Part shown: positions 35,867 to 45,315 of the stretch, in pieces
How positions within the stretch are numbered: position 1 is the stretch's first letter
Layout: each line of letters begins with the position of its first letter
NCBI GenBank assembly: GCA_964649715.1
Contig: CAZYTH010000005.1
Location: 1,765 to 65,764 of the forward strand
DNA: 64,000 nucleotides
Source: an uncultured Candidatus Saccharibacteria bacterium
Lineage (GTDB): Bacteria; Patescibacteriota; Minisyncoccia; Phycocordibacterales; UBA12445
Direction: 5' to 3'
The notes under the pieces: model-generated
Told to the model about the DNA's origin: nothing
The model's input: the letters and a program-made list of their open reading frames with translations, nothing else
Databases searched by the model: none
Program-made: the position numbers and the translations under genes

Positions 35867-38413
35867 ATGAACAAAAGAAAAAAATATTCAATCTATATTA
35901 AAAAACTTTTCAAAGAGCTTCTAAAAAAATCAATAATTGTTGGAGCTATTATGTTTTTTACCTTTTCAGGAGGGGTAATAATATGGATAGCTAATTTAAA
36001 AATACCTGATTTTAATGCTTTTGAGAGTAGAAAAATTTCGCAATCCACAAAAATATACGACAAAACGGGAAAAATACTCCTCTATGATATTCACCAAAAC
36101 ATAAAAAGAACCATTGTGTCGTACGAGAACATTTCAAAGGATATAAAAAATGCCACCGTGGCAATAGAAGACTCTGATTTTTATAACCATAAAGGAATAA
36201 AAATTAATGCGATTTTAAGGGCGGTTTATGTAAACCTAACATCAGGTTCCGCAAAGCAAGGCGGTTCTACAATTACTCAACAAGTTGTTAAAAATACTCT
36301 TTTAACAACCGAAAAAAGCATAACAAGAAAAATAAAAGAATGGTTCCTTGCGTTAAAACTAGAGAAAGTGATGAACAAAGAACAAATACTCTCTTTGTAT
36401 TTAAATGAATCACCTTACGGAGGAACAATATATGGAGTTGAAGAGGCAACAATGAGGTTTTTCAACAAAAAATCGAATGAAGTTACTTTGGCTGAATCTG
36501 CTTACATAGCGGCTTTGCCTCAAGCTCCTACCTATTACTCCCCCTATGGATCAAACAAAAAAGATCTAGACAAAAGAAAGGATCTTGTTTTAGACAGAAT
36601 GGCAGAACTTGGTTTTATAACAAAAAAAGAAGGAGAAGAAGCAAAAAAAGAAGAAGTAAAATTTATACCAAAAGAAGATCAAGGAACAATAAAAGCACCA
36701 CATTTCGTTGAATATGTAAGAGCTTATCTTGAAAAAAAATATGGAAAAGAAGAGCTAGAAACTGCTGGATTAAATATAGTCACAACTCTTGATTGGGAAC
36801 TTCAAAAACAAGCTGAGGAAATTTTGGTTAAATATGGAAAAGAAAATGAAGAAAAATTCAACGCAAAAAATGCAGGAATGGTGGCAATGGATCCAAAAAC
36901 AGGGCAAATTTTAGTTATGATTGGTTCAAGAGATTACTTTGATACCGAAAACGACGGAAATTTTAATGTTGCGCTCGGACACAGACAACCTGGTTCTTCT
37001 TTTAAACCTTTTGTTTATGCAACCGCCTTCAAAAAAGGCTATACACCAGAAACAGTTTTATTTGACCTTGAAACTGAATTCCAAACAACCTGTTCCCCTG
37101 AAGGAGAACCGCTTTATCCCAGTGTTAAACAAGAAGATTGCTATATGCCAAAAAACTATGACGATACTTTCAGAGGACCAATTTCTTTAAAAAACGCACT
37201 CGCACAATCAATAAATATTCCCGCAATAAAACTTTTGTACCTCGCGGGAATAAATGATTCAATAAAAACAGCAAGAGATATGGGTATAACAGGATTAACA
37301 GATGCAAGACAGTATGGACTAACACTGGTTTTGGGGGGAGGAGAAGTAACTTTACTTGATATGACTGGAGCATATTCTGTTTTTGCAAATGACGGCATTA
37401 AAAATCCAACAACACCAATATTAAAAATAACTAATTCAGCAGGAAAAGTAATAGAAGAATACACAGATAATGGAAGAAGGGTTATAGATGCAAACGTTGC
37501 AAGAAATATATCAGATATTCTTTCTGATGTAGAGGCAAAAATACCAGCATACAGTGAAAGCTCCCCTGTTATATTTAAAGACCGCCAGGTGGCCGTAAAG
37601 ACGGGTACAACGAACGATACCAGGGATGCTTGGGTCATGGGCTATACCCCAAACTTTGTTTTAGGTGTATGGGTTGGAAACAACGACAACTCACCAATGG
37701 TTAAAAAAGTAGCAGGTATGATAACAGCTCCAATGTGGAGAGCTTTTTTTGATAAAGCAACAGAAAAATTACCAGAAGAAAAATTCCAAAAAGCTGAATC
37801 TGTTGATGAAACAAAATTAAAACCTGTTTTAAAGGGTATTTGGAAAGGGGGAATAGAATACACCATAGACAAAGCATCTCAAAAAATAGCCACGGAATTC
37901 ACTCCGGAAGAATTAAAAGAAAAAAAAGTAATGACTGATGTTCATTCTATACTTTACTGGGTTAACAAAAACGATCCCTTAGGAGAAAAACCATCTGATC
38001 CAAAACAAGATCCTCAATTTACTCTCTGGGAAACACCAATAACAAGATGGGCTTCTATGCAAGGTATTTTAAATGAAACATCTTTCATTATTCCCCAAGA
38101 GGTTGACGACATGCATGGACCTGATTTTGCACCAAAAAGTTTCATTATTTCGCCCAACACAAACATTGAATACAGTATTGACCAACCCTTAAACATCTAT
38201 TTTCAAACCACTCAAGGAAAATTTCCTGTGGCACAAGCAGATTTTTTTATAAATAATACTTACATTGGATCTTCAAATAGCCAACCATTCAACCTACTGA
38301 TTCTTCCTTCAGAAATACCTAACATTAAAGAGAATAATGAACTAAAAATAACCATTTATGATAGCGTAAGGAACTCCAACGAAATCTCTCTTATCTTTAA
38401 AGTAGCTATTTAA
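35867..38413 (+). CDS. Class A penicillin-binding protein (transglycosylase + transpeptidase, PBP1A-type)
   Basis: N-terminal TM. Glycosyltransferase motifs EDSDFYNHKGI and QGGSTITQQVVKN. Transpeptidase SxxK region (GSSFKPFVY), SxN and KTG(T) motifs. Confidence 0.85.
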   Translation: MNKRKKYSIYIKKLFKELLKKSIIVGAIMFFTFSGGVIIWIANLKIPDFNAFESRKISQSTKIYDKTGKILLYDIHQNIKRTIVSYENISKDIKNATVAIEDSDFYNHKGIKINAILRAVYVNLTSGSAKQGGSTITQQVVKNTLLTTEKSITRKIKEWFLALKLEKVMNKEQILSLYLNESPYGGTIYGVEEATMRFFNKKSNEVTLAESAYIAALPQAPTYYSPYGSNKKDLDKRKDLVLDRMAELGFITKKEGEEAKKEEVKFIPKEDQGTIKAPHFVEYVRAYLEKKYGKEELETAGLNIVTTLDWELQKQAEEILVKYGKENEEKFNAKNAGMVAMDPKTGQILVMIGSRDYFDTENDGNFNVALGHRQPGSSFKPFVYATAFKKGYTPETVLFDLETEFQTTCSPEGEPLYPSVKQEDCYMPKNYDDTFRGPISLKNALAQSINIPAIKLLYLAGINDSIKTARDMGITGLTDARQYGLTLVLGGGEVTLLDMTGAYSVFANDGIKNPTTPILKITNSAGKVIEEYTDNGRRVIDANVARNISDILSDVEAKIPAYSESSPVIFKDRQVAVKTGTTNDTRDAWVMGYTPNFVLGVWVGNNDNSPMVKKVAGMITAPMWRAFFDKATEKLPEEKFQKAESVDETKLKPVLKGIWKGGIEYTIDKASQKIATEFTPEELKEKKVMTDVHSILYWVNKNDPLGEKPSDPKQDPQFTLWETPITRWASMQGILNETSFIIPQEVDDMHGPDFAPKSFIISPNTNIEYSIDQPLNIYFQTTQGKFPVAQADFFINNTYIGSSNSQPFNLLILPSEIPNIKENNELKITIYDSVRNSNEISLIFKVAI

Positions 38414-38672
38414 AACGAATATCTTTTATCGTTTTGTCTTTTGAAATATTTATTATTTTATCTATTATTCTGTCTCTTTTTATAAATATTTCACTCTTAA
38501 CGACTGGGGGTGGATTTTTAAGATAAACAATCCCGTTTTTTATTGAAATATCTTTTGGTGTTATTTCAAAACCTATATATTCTTTTATAACAGAGGAGGA
38601 TGCTTCTCTTGTTGCGATATCCGGTCTACCAAATCTTTGAAATTTTTTAAGAAAAGATGATATTTGCAACAT
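38406..38672 (-). CDS. Small DUF721-like protein downstream of dnaN
   Basis: 88 aa basic protein at the usual position of DUF721/DciA-like genes in dnaA-dnaN loci. Motif-level match is weak. Confidence 0.4.
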   Translation of the reverse strand: MLQISSFLKKFQRFGRPDIATREASSSVIKEYIGFEITPKDISIKNGIVYLKNPPPVVKSEIFIKRDRIIDKIINISKDKTIKDIRFK

Positions 38673-38702
38673 TTTTTATAAATTAATTACCGTTTTATAT
38701 CT

Positions 38703-39803
38703 TTACTTTATCATTGGCATCAAAAGGTACATAAAAGAATCATTGCCTACTGGTTTTATTATTACAGGCCTCTGGTGTCCATTGAAAGTAATAACAACAC
38801 TATCTTCCTTAATACTACTGAGACATTCCAATATAAATTTGGCGTTGAAACTCATATCTATCTCTTCACCCTCTAAAGTAGCATCAACCCTTGTAACGCT
38901 TTCTCCTTTGTCTTGATTCTTTGAACTAACTTCAAACAGAGAATCAGATGGTATTATTTTAAAATTAACTTGGTTGAATTTATCGGAAAAAATGTTTGAT
39001 ATTTTTATAGAATCTATCAGTTCTTCTTTCAAAATAACTACTTCTGTTTTCTTTCCTTTTGGGATTATTTGTCTATAATCAGGAAAAATACCCCCGACAA
39101 CCCTTGATGTAAAATAAAGGCCTGAGGAGACAACCGACATTTGATTTTTGTTAAAAATAAGTTCTATATCCTCATTGTGGTTTTCTAAAATTCTAACCAA
39201 CTCATTTGCATTTTTTATAGGTATTATTGAAGATGAAAAACCTGTAGTATTACCTATATCTATTCTTTTTTCAGCTAACCTTGAAGAATCTGTTGATACA
39301 AAATAAAGGTAACCACCGTCAAAATAAATATAAACACTTGATATTTCAGGTTTTATGTCTGAAACCAGTGCTGAATAAGAAACCGATTTTATTCCCTCTA
39401 TTAGCTTGAAAGGACTTAATTTTAAAGATTCTTCTTTTTCTATCCTAGGAATAAGAGGAAATTCATCTGAAGGAAAACTCTTTATTAAGGTTGAATTTCT
39501 TTTTGTTGATACAGATAAATTATTGTTTAGAGATTCCATCTTAACAGTATCGTCACCATCCAACATCTGCAAAAATCCGCTCAATAAGTAAGCTGGAACA
39601 GCAACACTTCCTGGTTTTTCCACTCTTGAAGAAATATTAACCTCAAGACCAATATCAAGATTGGTTGCTTTAAGTGTAAGTGTTTTTTCTTTTGCTTCCA
39701 GAAGTATTGATTCTAGTATAGGTAAAGAGAGATTTTTACCAGAAATCTTTCCTACTTGAAAAACAGCTTCTTTTAATTTTTCTTTTGAACAATCAATTTT
39801 CAT
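38703..39803 (-). CDS. dnaN: DNA polymerase III beta subunit (sliding clamp)
   Basis: MKIDCSKEKLKEAVFQVGKISGKNLSLPILESILLEA matches the DnaN N-terminus. 366 aa. Immediately downstream of dnaA. Confidence 0.85.
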   Translation of the reverse strand: MKIDCSKEKLKEAVFQVGKISGKNLSLPILESILLEAKEKTLTLKATNLDIGLEVNISSRVEKPGSVAVPAYLLSGFLQMLDGDDTVKMESLNNNLSVSTKRNSTLIKSFPSDEFPLIPRIEKEESLKLSPFKLIEGIKSVSYSALVSDIKPEISSVYIYFDGGYLYFVSTDSSRLAEKRIDIGNTTGFSSSIIPIKNANELVRILENHNEDIELIFNKNQMSVVSSGLYFTSRVVGGIFPDYRQIIPKGKKTEVVILKEELIDSIKISNIFSDKFNQVNFKIIPSDSLFEVSSKNQDKGESVTRVDATLEGEEIDMSFNAKFILECLSSIKEDSVVITFNGHQRPVIIKPVGNDSFMYLLMPMIK

Positions 39804-40178
39804 TTTTTATAGATAGTAATGTGTTTATAATTCATCAAGCACTTTCTACTAATTTATATTAAATTATTTATTATATATAAAACTACTATTATTATTAGAA
39901 CTGTTGATATGTTGATAAATCGATTAAGTTATTACTGCTAAACGTTTTTTTTGAAGAACAACTGTGGAATAACAGGGCAAAAGGTTACATATAAAAAGTG
40001 GAGAAGAAAAAGATAAAATATTTGTTAAAAGTTTTAAACAACTTTTCCACTCTTTTGTCGTCAGGTAATACATACAAAATTCACATCTTTTTCCACAAAG
40101 TTATCAACAGAAAGAATACAGTTTGATAAAGAACAACGAACCCAAACGTTTACATATCCACTATTTGTTTTTGGTATT
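39804..40178. promoter_or_regulatory. Candidate oriC: AT-rich dnaA-dnaN intergenic region with degenerate DnaA boxes and an AT-rich unwinding tract
   Basis: Box-like 9-mers ttatcaaca (40101), tgttgataa (39910), atatccact (40154), tgtggaata (39963). Very AT-rich tract 39860-39900. Position between dnaA and dnaN. Confidence 0.5.
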
Positions 40179-41615
40179 TTAAATAGAGGCGGATAAAGAC
40201 ATCTTATTATCTGAACCAAAAAGAAGAGTCTTTATTTGTTCTATTTCTCCCAAAAGCGTATCGTTGTTTTTTATCTCTTCTTTTATTTTTTCACATGCGT
40301 GGATAACAGTTGTATGATCTCTACCCCCCATTTTTTGTCCTATATGAGGGTAAGAATAATTCATATCCTCCCTTAAAATATACATTCCAATTTGTCTTGG
40401 TTTAACAACCTCCCTTCTTCTTGTTTTTTCGTATAAGAATTTTTCTTCGATATTGTAAAACTCAGAGATTGCTTTCATAATTTCGCTAATAGAAACGGTT
40501 TTTTGTCTTTTGACGTTGTTTTTTATGAGACCCCTTACGTCGCTTATTGTTAATTCTTTATTTTTTAATTGAGACTGACAAATAACAGTATTTAAAACAC
40601 CCTCAAGCTCTCTTATACTTTCTTGTATATTGACGGCAATAAAATCTATCAGATCGTTTGATAGCGATTTGTTCATTTGTTTTAGTTTTGTTTTTAGGAT
40701 AGCAACCCTTGATTCATATTCGGGTTTAGAGATATCAACAGTCATTCCACCCTCAAATCTTGATTTCAGTCTTTCCTCTAGATTTTGTATTAATTTTGGC
40801 GGTTTATCGGAAGAGTATATTATTTGTTTGTTGCTGTTATAGAAATCATTAAAAAGATGAAAAACTTCTTCTTGTGTTTTATCTTTTCCACCAAAAAATT
40901 GAACATCGTCTATTATTAATGCGTCGTATTTTCTGTATTTTTCCTTGAATTGGTTTATGGTGTTGTTTTGCATTGCGCTAACAAGTTCTACGGTGTACCT
41001 TTCTGATGTCATATAAAAAACGGTTTTCCCATCTTTTTTTAAGGAATTACCGACAGCTTGTATGAGATGAGTCTTACCTAGTCCTGTTCCACCATAAATA
41101 TAGAGAGGGTTGTAGTCCATTCCCGGTCTTTTTATTACTGTTTGGGCGGCAGCAAAAGCTAGTTCGTTGAAAGGTCCTATTATAAAGTTATCAAAGATGT
41201 ATTTTGGGTTCAGATTGTCTTCTCTGTTTACATAAGGTTCATTTAGCTTTAATTGAGGGACATCTTTTTTTTGAGATTCCTCGGGGGTTTCTCTTTGGTT
41301 GGTTTTTATTGTTTCGTCTTTGCTTATTATGTACTCCACCCCTCTTGTATGTGGAGAAACATCCCTCAATGCTTTTACTATAAATTTATGATATTTGTTT
41401 GATAACCAATCTTTTACAAAAGCATTTGGGACGGCGAGGAAAATGGTTCCATCTTCCTGTTTTATTATATAGGTGTTTTTAAACCAAGTACTAAAATTGG
41501 CTTTAGATACTATTGTCTCTATCTCAACAAGAGCATCATTCCAGATTTTCTTGTTCTCGTCCTCACAGACAATATTATTGGTTTCATTCATAAGGTAAAT
41601 TATATTCTTGCCCAC
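40179..41615 (-). CDS. dnaA: Chromosomal replication initiator protein DnaA
   Basis: Walker A NPLYIYGGTGLGKTHLIQAVGN. AAA+ and C-terminal DNA-binding domain (...DHTTVIHACEKI...). Confidence 0.9.
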   Translation of the reverse strand: MGKNIIYLMNETNNIVCEDENKKIWNDALVEIETIVSKANFSTWFKNTYIIKQEDGTIFLAVPNAFVKDWLSNKYHKFIVKALRDVSPHTRGVEYIISKDETIKTNQRETPEESQKKDVPQLKLNEPYVNREDNLNPKYIFDNFIIGPFNELAFAAAQTVIKRPGMDYNPLYIYGGTGLGKTHLIQAVGNSLKKDGKTVFYMTSERYTVELVSAMQNNTINQFKEKYRKYDALIIDDVQFFGGKDKTQEEVFHLFNDFYNSNKQIIYSSDKPPKLIQNLEERLKSRFEGGMTVDISKPEYESRVAILKTKLKQMNKSLSNDLIDFIAVNIQESIRELEGVLNTVICQSQLKNKELTISDVRGLIKNNVKRQKTVSISEIMKAISEFYNIEEKFLYEKTRRREVVKPRQIGMYILREDMNYSYPHIGQKMGGRDHTTVIHACEKIKEEIKNNDTLLGEIEQIKTLLFGSDNKMSLSASI

Positions 41616-41648
41616 AAAAAAAGAAACTAGACTTTTCTGTTAATAGCA

Positions 41649-41668
41649 TGTGGATTATGTGTGGATAA
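41649..41668. promoter_or_regulatory. Two adjacent DnaA boxes upstream of dnaA (tgtggatta and consensus tgtggataa)
   Basis: Seen directly. atgtggattatgtgtggataac lies about 35 bp upstream of the dnaA start. Confidence 0.6.
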
Positions 41669-41793
41669 CCCTCAAGAACTGTTGATATCTATCCCATTGC
41701 TTTTTTTCTGTTTTTCTGCTAACTCAGAAAAAACAGAAAAATATCATTATTTAGAGGGTCCTTAAAAAATATTTTTTTTGTTATTTTTTAACA

Positions 41794-41822
41794 TTGATTA
41801 TTTTAAATTTTTGTTTTATACT
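41794..41822 (+). promoter_or_regulatory. Sigma70-like promoter TTGATT-17-TATACT upstream of rpmH
   Basis: acaTTGATTattttaaatttttgtttTATACTacaaccc ATG. Confidence 0.45.
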
Positions 41823-41829
41823 ACAACCC

Positions 41830-41964
41830 ATGTCAAAAACATACAATCCAAAGAAACTTAAGAGGAGTAAAACCCACGGTTTTTTAAAGAGAAAAAGTTC
41901 TGTTGGGGGGAAGAAGACTCTTTTGAGGAGAAGAAGAAAAGGCAGAAGTAAGATTGCGCTTTAA
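41830..41964 (+). CDS. rpmH: 50S ribosomal protein L34
   Basis: 44 aa MSKTYNPKKLKRSKTHGFLKRKSSVGGKKTLLRRRRKGRSKIAL matches L34. Below the ORF-track length cutoff, so found by hand. Confidence 0.85.
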   Translation: MSKTYNPKKLKRSKTHGFLKRKSSVGGKKTLLRRRRKGRSKIAL

Positions 41965-42048
41965 TTTGTCTTACCTAAGAATCAAGTGAAAATTACGAGC
42001 CAAATGGTTCGTAGTTTTGTTTTTTGATATAATTAAGCAACCAATAAT

Positions 42049-42372
42049 ATGGATTTTAAAACAAACAAAGAACTTTTTGATTATGTTTTCAAAAAAGGCG
42101 GTGGTGTCTACTCCCCTTTTTTATCCTTAAAGTTTTTTAACTCAACTGTTTCTAAGAAAAATAAATTTTTTTTTGTGGTATCTTCAAAAATTTCTAAGAA
42201 AGCGACTGTAAGAAATCTGTTTAAGAGAAGGGGTCGGAATATCATTGCTAAAAACATAAAAGGAGGTGTTTCTGGTATATTTTTTGCAAAGAAAGGTATT
42301 TCAGAGCTTACTTTTTCTCAACTTGAGAGCGAAATGATCTCTTTATTAAAAAGAGCGAAAGTGTTAGGATAA
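42049..42372 (+). CDS. rnpA: Ribonuclease P protein component
   Basis: Basic 107 aa protein with ...FFVVSSKISKKATVRNLFKRRGRNI... (RNR motif region) between rpmH and yidC. Confidence 0.75.
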   Translation: MDFKTNKELFDYVFKKGGGVYSPFLSLKFFNSTVSKKNKFFFVVSSKISKKATVRNLFKRRGRNIIAKNIKGGVSGIFFAKKGISELTFSQLESEMISLLKRAKVLG

Positions 42373-42410
42373 GCAAATCGTTATTTTTTTTATTAAAATA
42401 ATACTTTTAA

Positions 42411-43130
42411 ATGCTTGATTTTATATTTAATATCTTTTATTACCCTCTTTATAATGGACTCATATTTCTTACCGCTATTGTTCCTGGAAATGACATTGGT
42501 ATTGCTATTATATTTTTAACGATATTCACGAAGGTTGCTATACTCCCTCTTTCTCATAGTTCCATAAAAACGCAGAAAAAAATGAAAGAAATAGAGCCTC
42601 ATATAAAAAAGATAAAAGAAGAACACAAAGATGACCAAGAAAAGCAAGCTTTAAAAATAATGAATCTATACAAAGAACATGGAGTGAATCCTTTCTCAAG
42701 TATTTTGATGCTTTTTATACAGCTCCCGATGTTCATTGCTCTTTATTATACCTTTAGCCATGACATAGACATCGCATCTCCCGTAATTTTTTCTTTTAAT
42801 CTTGTTCCACCAGCGATAAACACACTTTTTCTTGGTTTTTTAGAATTATCTAAAAGCAATCTCCTTCTAGCTTTGTTTGTTGGTATTACTCAGTTTATTC
42901 AAACACAACTTTCTGTTCCTAAAATACCAAAAAGCCAAGAAAAAAACCCATCTTTTGCTGATGATTTTGCAAAAAGTATGAATTGGCAGGTTAAATACTT
43001 TCTTCCCTTTTTTATAACTTATATTGCTAGTAAACTAAACGCAGGTGTTTCCTTGTTTTGGATAACGAGTAATCTTTTTGGAATAGCGCACGAGCTGTTT
43101 GTGAAGAAAAAAGCGGAAGATCTAAAATAA
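42411..43130 (+). CDS. yidC: Membrane protein insertase YidC (short form)
   Basis: Multi-TM 239 aa protein with the conserved YidC core (...VNPFSSILMLFIQLPMFIALYYTF...). Canonical rpmH-rnpA-yidC order. Confidence 0.8.
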   Translation: MLDFIFNIFYYPLYNGLIFLTAIVPGNDIGIAIIFLTIFTKVAILPLSHSSIKTQKKMKEIEPHIKKIKEEHKDDQEKQALKIMNLYKEHGVNPFSSILMLFIQLPMFIALYYTFSHDIDIASPVIFSFNLVPPAINTLFLGFLELSKSNLLLALFVGITQFIQTQLSVPKIPKSQEKNPSFADDFAKSMNWQVKYFLPFFITYIASKLNAGVSLFWITSNLFGIAHELFVKKKAEDLK

Positions 43131-43141
43131 ATTAGAAATTG

Positions 43142-43160
43142 CCAATTACGAATTACGAAT
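43142..43160. repeat. Left arm of perfect 19 bp inverted repeat ccaattacgaattacgaat flanking the four-helix-bundle gene
   Basis: Reverse complement is found at 43510-43528. Confidence 0.75.
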
Positions 43161-43518
43161 GAAGGAAAATATTATTCAAAAGAAGAGTTACGATTTTGCA
43201 TTAAAAATAGTCGGTATATATCAAAATTTAGTAAAAAACAACAAAGAATTTGTTCTTTCGAAGCAATTACTGAGAAGCGGAACCTCAATCGGTGCTAATA
43301 TTGAAGAGGCAATCGGAGCTCAATCTAGAAAAGATTTTTATTCAAAGCTCAGTATAGCCTATAAAGAAGCAAGGGAAACCAAATATTGGGTAAGAATACT
43401 TTGTGATAGCGACATGTTGTCTACCAATGAGGCTGGTTTGTTGTTGAATGATCTCGAAGAGATACTAAAAATCATAGGAAAAATTCAAAAAACCGTTAAA
43501 GATGGTTTTAATTCGTAA
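43159..43518 (+). CDS. Four-helix-bundle protein (23S rRNA intervening-sequence protein / DGR Avd-like family)
   Basis: 119 aa. KKSYDFALKIVGIY ... SGTSIGANIEEA ... KDFYSKLSIAYKEARETKYWV matches the TIGR02436-type four-helix-bundle family. Confidence 0.7.
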   Translation: MKENIIQKKSYDFALKIVGIYQNLVKNNKEFVLSKQLLRSGTSIGANIEEAIGAQSRKDFYSKLSIAYKEARETKYWVRILCDSDMLSTNEAGLLLNDLEEILKIIGKIQKTVKDGFNS

Positions 43519-43528
43519 TTCGTAATTG
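43510..43528. repeat. Right arm (attcgtaattcgtaattgg) of the 19 bp inverted repeat
   Basis: Perfect reverse complement of 43142-43160. Confidence 0.75.
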
Positions 43529-43540
43529 GTAATTTCTAAT

Positions 43541-44830
43541 TTATTTCAGCTTCACGACCCAAGCAGTGCCGTCTTTTTTGTTTATGAATGCAAAAAAGTC
43601 TTCGTTTTCGCTTAAAATTGGTTCTATAATATCTATCTCTACTCCCCCTAGCTTCTCTTTGTCTATAATTATCCTAGCGGTAGCACTGCTGGTGTCTATT
43701 TGCCAAATTGTATCTGAGAAAGATGAGATTCCCTGATACCATGATTCGGGATATTTTGAACCTAATACTACATTAGGAACTCCACAATAAATTATATTTT
43801 CATCACCTTTACTAAAGACGCATTTTTCAGGAAGAGTTTTTAAAGGGAAAGAATTGGTTGCACCATCCACTTGATTAAAAAAGTATGTCATAAAACCTGT
43901 CCCTACGGTTTCGGAATAGATAACGTTATTATTTTTTGGGCTTATTTTTGTAGTAAGGCCAGAAATATCCCCGATAACCTTTTGGAAATTATTTGTTCCG
44001 TTCACAGATAAAGAATAAAGTTGCCCTAAGGCAGAAGAAGAAGGTTTTGTCGCCAAGGAAATTATTTTGTCTGATTCCCAAGACACACTCCACTCTTTAA
44101 GAGGAGAACTCCATATTTGAGTTTTCGGACTAGAAAGTGGGTCTGAATTAAATTCTCCTATAGTACCAACCACAGAGCCTCCATTGTTTATTAAGTAAAA
44201 TACTTTGTCTTTGTCTGGAGAAACAGCGAAACCAAGTGTATTTGAAGGAAGAATGGTTCCGTTTAGTTTGCCTACACCTGACTCAACAGTTACCTCTGTT
44301 TCAGAAGATGGTTCTATTGTGCCATATATCGTTTGAAGGATGTTGTTTATTCCCTCAAGTCTTCTTAATATTAAATTCTGGCCGTTTTTCCCCCACGAAG
44401 TATCTACTATCCCCGTGATAGTTGTGTTTGTTATTTTTGTTGGAATATTTTCACTAAAAGACATATCTTTTATGTGTCCTGTTCCTTTCTCTATAAAACG
44501 AAGCGAAGGCTCTCCTTCGTTTTTGTTCACAAAAGTTATTCCTGCCACAGAGACACTTGTCATTTTTTTAATACTGCCAGGAATTCTTGTTTCATAGTCG
44601 TCTATTGTTTGATCGTTCTGATTTATAAAATCTGAACTTTCATTTTTTGTTGTATTTCCGTTTATTTTTCCGCTACTTGGAAAATAGTTCGTGTCTTCAT
44701 TTGTCGGCGGTTGAGGTTCTCCTGAAGAAGGAAATTGTTCCCCTCTTTGAAGATACCAAACAGTCCCTCCTACAGAGGCAACTATTAAAAGAGAAATTAT
44801 TACCACAAAGATAGTTGTCCTTTTGTTCAT
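43541..44830 (-). CDS. Membrane-anchored extracytoplasmic hypothetical protein
   Basis: Likely start MNKRTTIFVVIISLLIVASVGG (one TM), then a Ser/Thr/Gly/Asn-rich beta-rich domain. The upstream His/Gln-rich extension in the ORF track is probably non-coding. Confidence 0.45.
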   Translation of the reverse strand: MNKRTTIFVVIISLLIVASVGGTVWYLQRGEQFPSSGEPQPPTNEDTNYFPSSGKINGNTTKNESSDFINQNDQTIDDYETRIPGSIKKMTSVSVAGITFVNKNEGEPSLRFIEKGTGHIKDMSFSENIPTKITNTTITGIVDTSWGKNGQNLILRRLEGINNILQTIYGTIEPSSETEVTVESGVGKLNGTILPSNTLGFAVSPDKDKVFYLINNGGSVVGTIGEFNSDPLSSPKTQIWSSPLKEWSVSWESDKIISLATKPSSSALGQLYSLSVNGTNNFQKVIGDISGLTTKISPKNNNVIYSETVGTGFMTYFFNQVDGATNSFPLKTLPEKCVFSKGDENIIYCGVPNVVLGSKYPESWYQGISSFSDTIWQIDTSSATARIIIDKEKLGGVEIDIIEPILSENEDFFAFINKKDGTAWVVKLK

Positions 44831-44849
44831 CTTTTTAAATTTTAATTTA

Positions 44850-45305
44850 TTAAAAAGCACCAGTACTCCCTCCACCTGCAGGTGCTCCTGGTGTTGGTTG
44901 TGGATTTGATGTTCCTGGTGTTGTGGCTGTTTCACAATTAGCATCTGACGCACTTAAATCCATCTTAACCAAATTAGGATTTACTGTATTTAAGATAAGA
45001 TAGCCTGTAAGAGCTATAACAAGCCCTATTATTGCGTTGGTGATTCTTTCTTTTGCCTTGCCTTTATTACTATCACTTGCCCACGATGTAGTGTACTCAA
45101 CTCCTCCTATGACTATCATTAGTATTGCAGACAAAACAGCAAAGCCAAGAGCATACCAATAGATAGCTTGTATGTATTTACCTGGGTTTGTGACTGTCTC
45201 CCCTGTAAACCCTTTTATCGGTTCCAGAAGCTTATATGATGATTGAGCAAGAGAAAAAGATGTCGGTATTGTCATTAGGATTGAAAATAAAAAAAGTTTT
45301 GTCAT
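44850..45305 (-). CDS. Putative type IV secretion pilin-like protein (VirB2/TrbC-like topology)
   Basis: 151 aa. Signal peptide plus two hydrophobic helices (YWYALGFAVLSAILMIVIGG and AIIGLVIALTGYLILN). Gly/Pro-rich tail. Located in the type IV secretion-like cluster. Confidence 0.4.
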   Translation of the reverse strand: MTKLFLFSILMTIPTSFSLAQSSYKLLEPIKGFTGETVTNPGKYIQAIYWYALGFAVLSAILMIVIGGVEYTTSWASDSNKGKAKERITNAIIGLVIALTGYLILNTVNPNLVKMDLSASDANCETATTPGTSNPQPTPGAPAGGGSTGAF

Positions 45306-45315
45306 TTTTTTGACA

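Noticed and set aside
43159-43518. Possible diversity-generating retroelement, because the four-helix-bundle protein belongs to the Avd family
   Set aside because: No reverse transcriptase (no YxDD-containing ORF) anywhere in the window and no template or variable repeat pair nearby. The near-identical repeats in the giant surface gene are in-frame domain duplications whose few mismatches are not adenine-specific.
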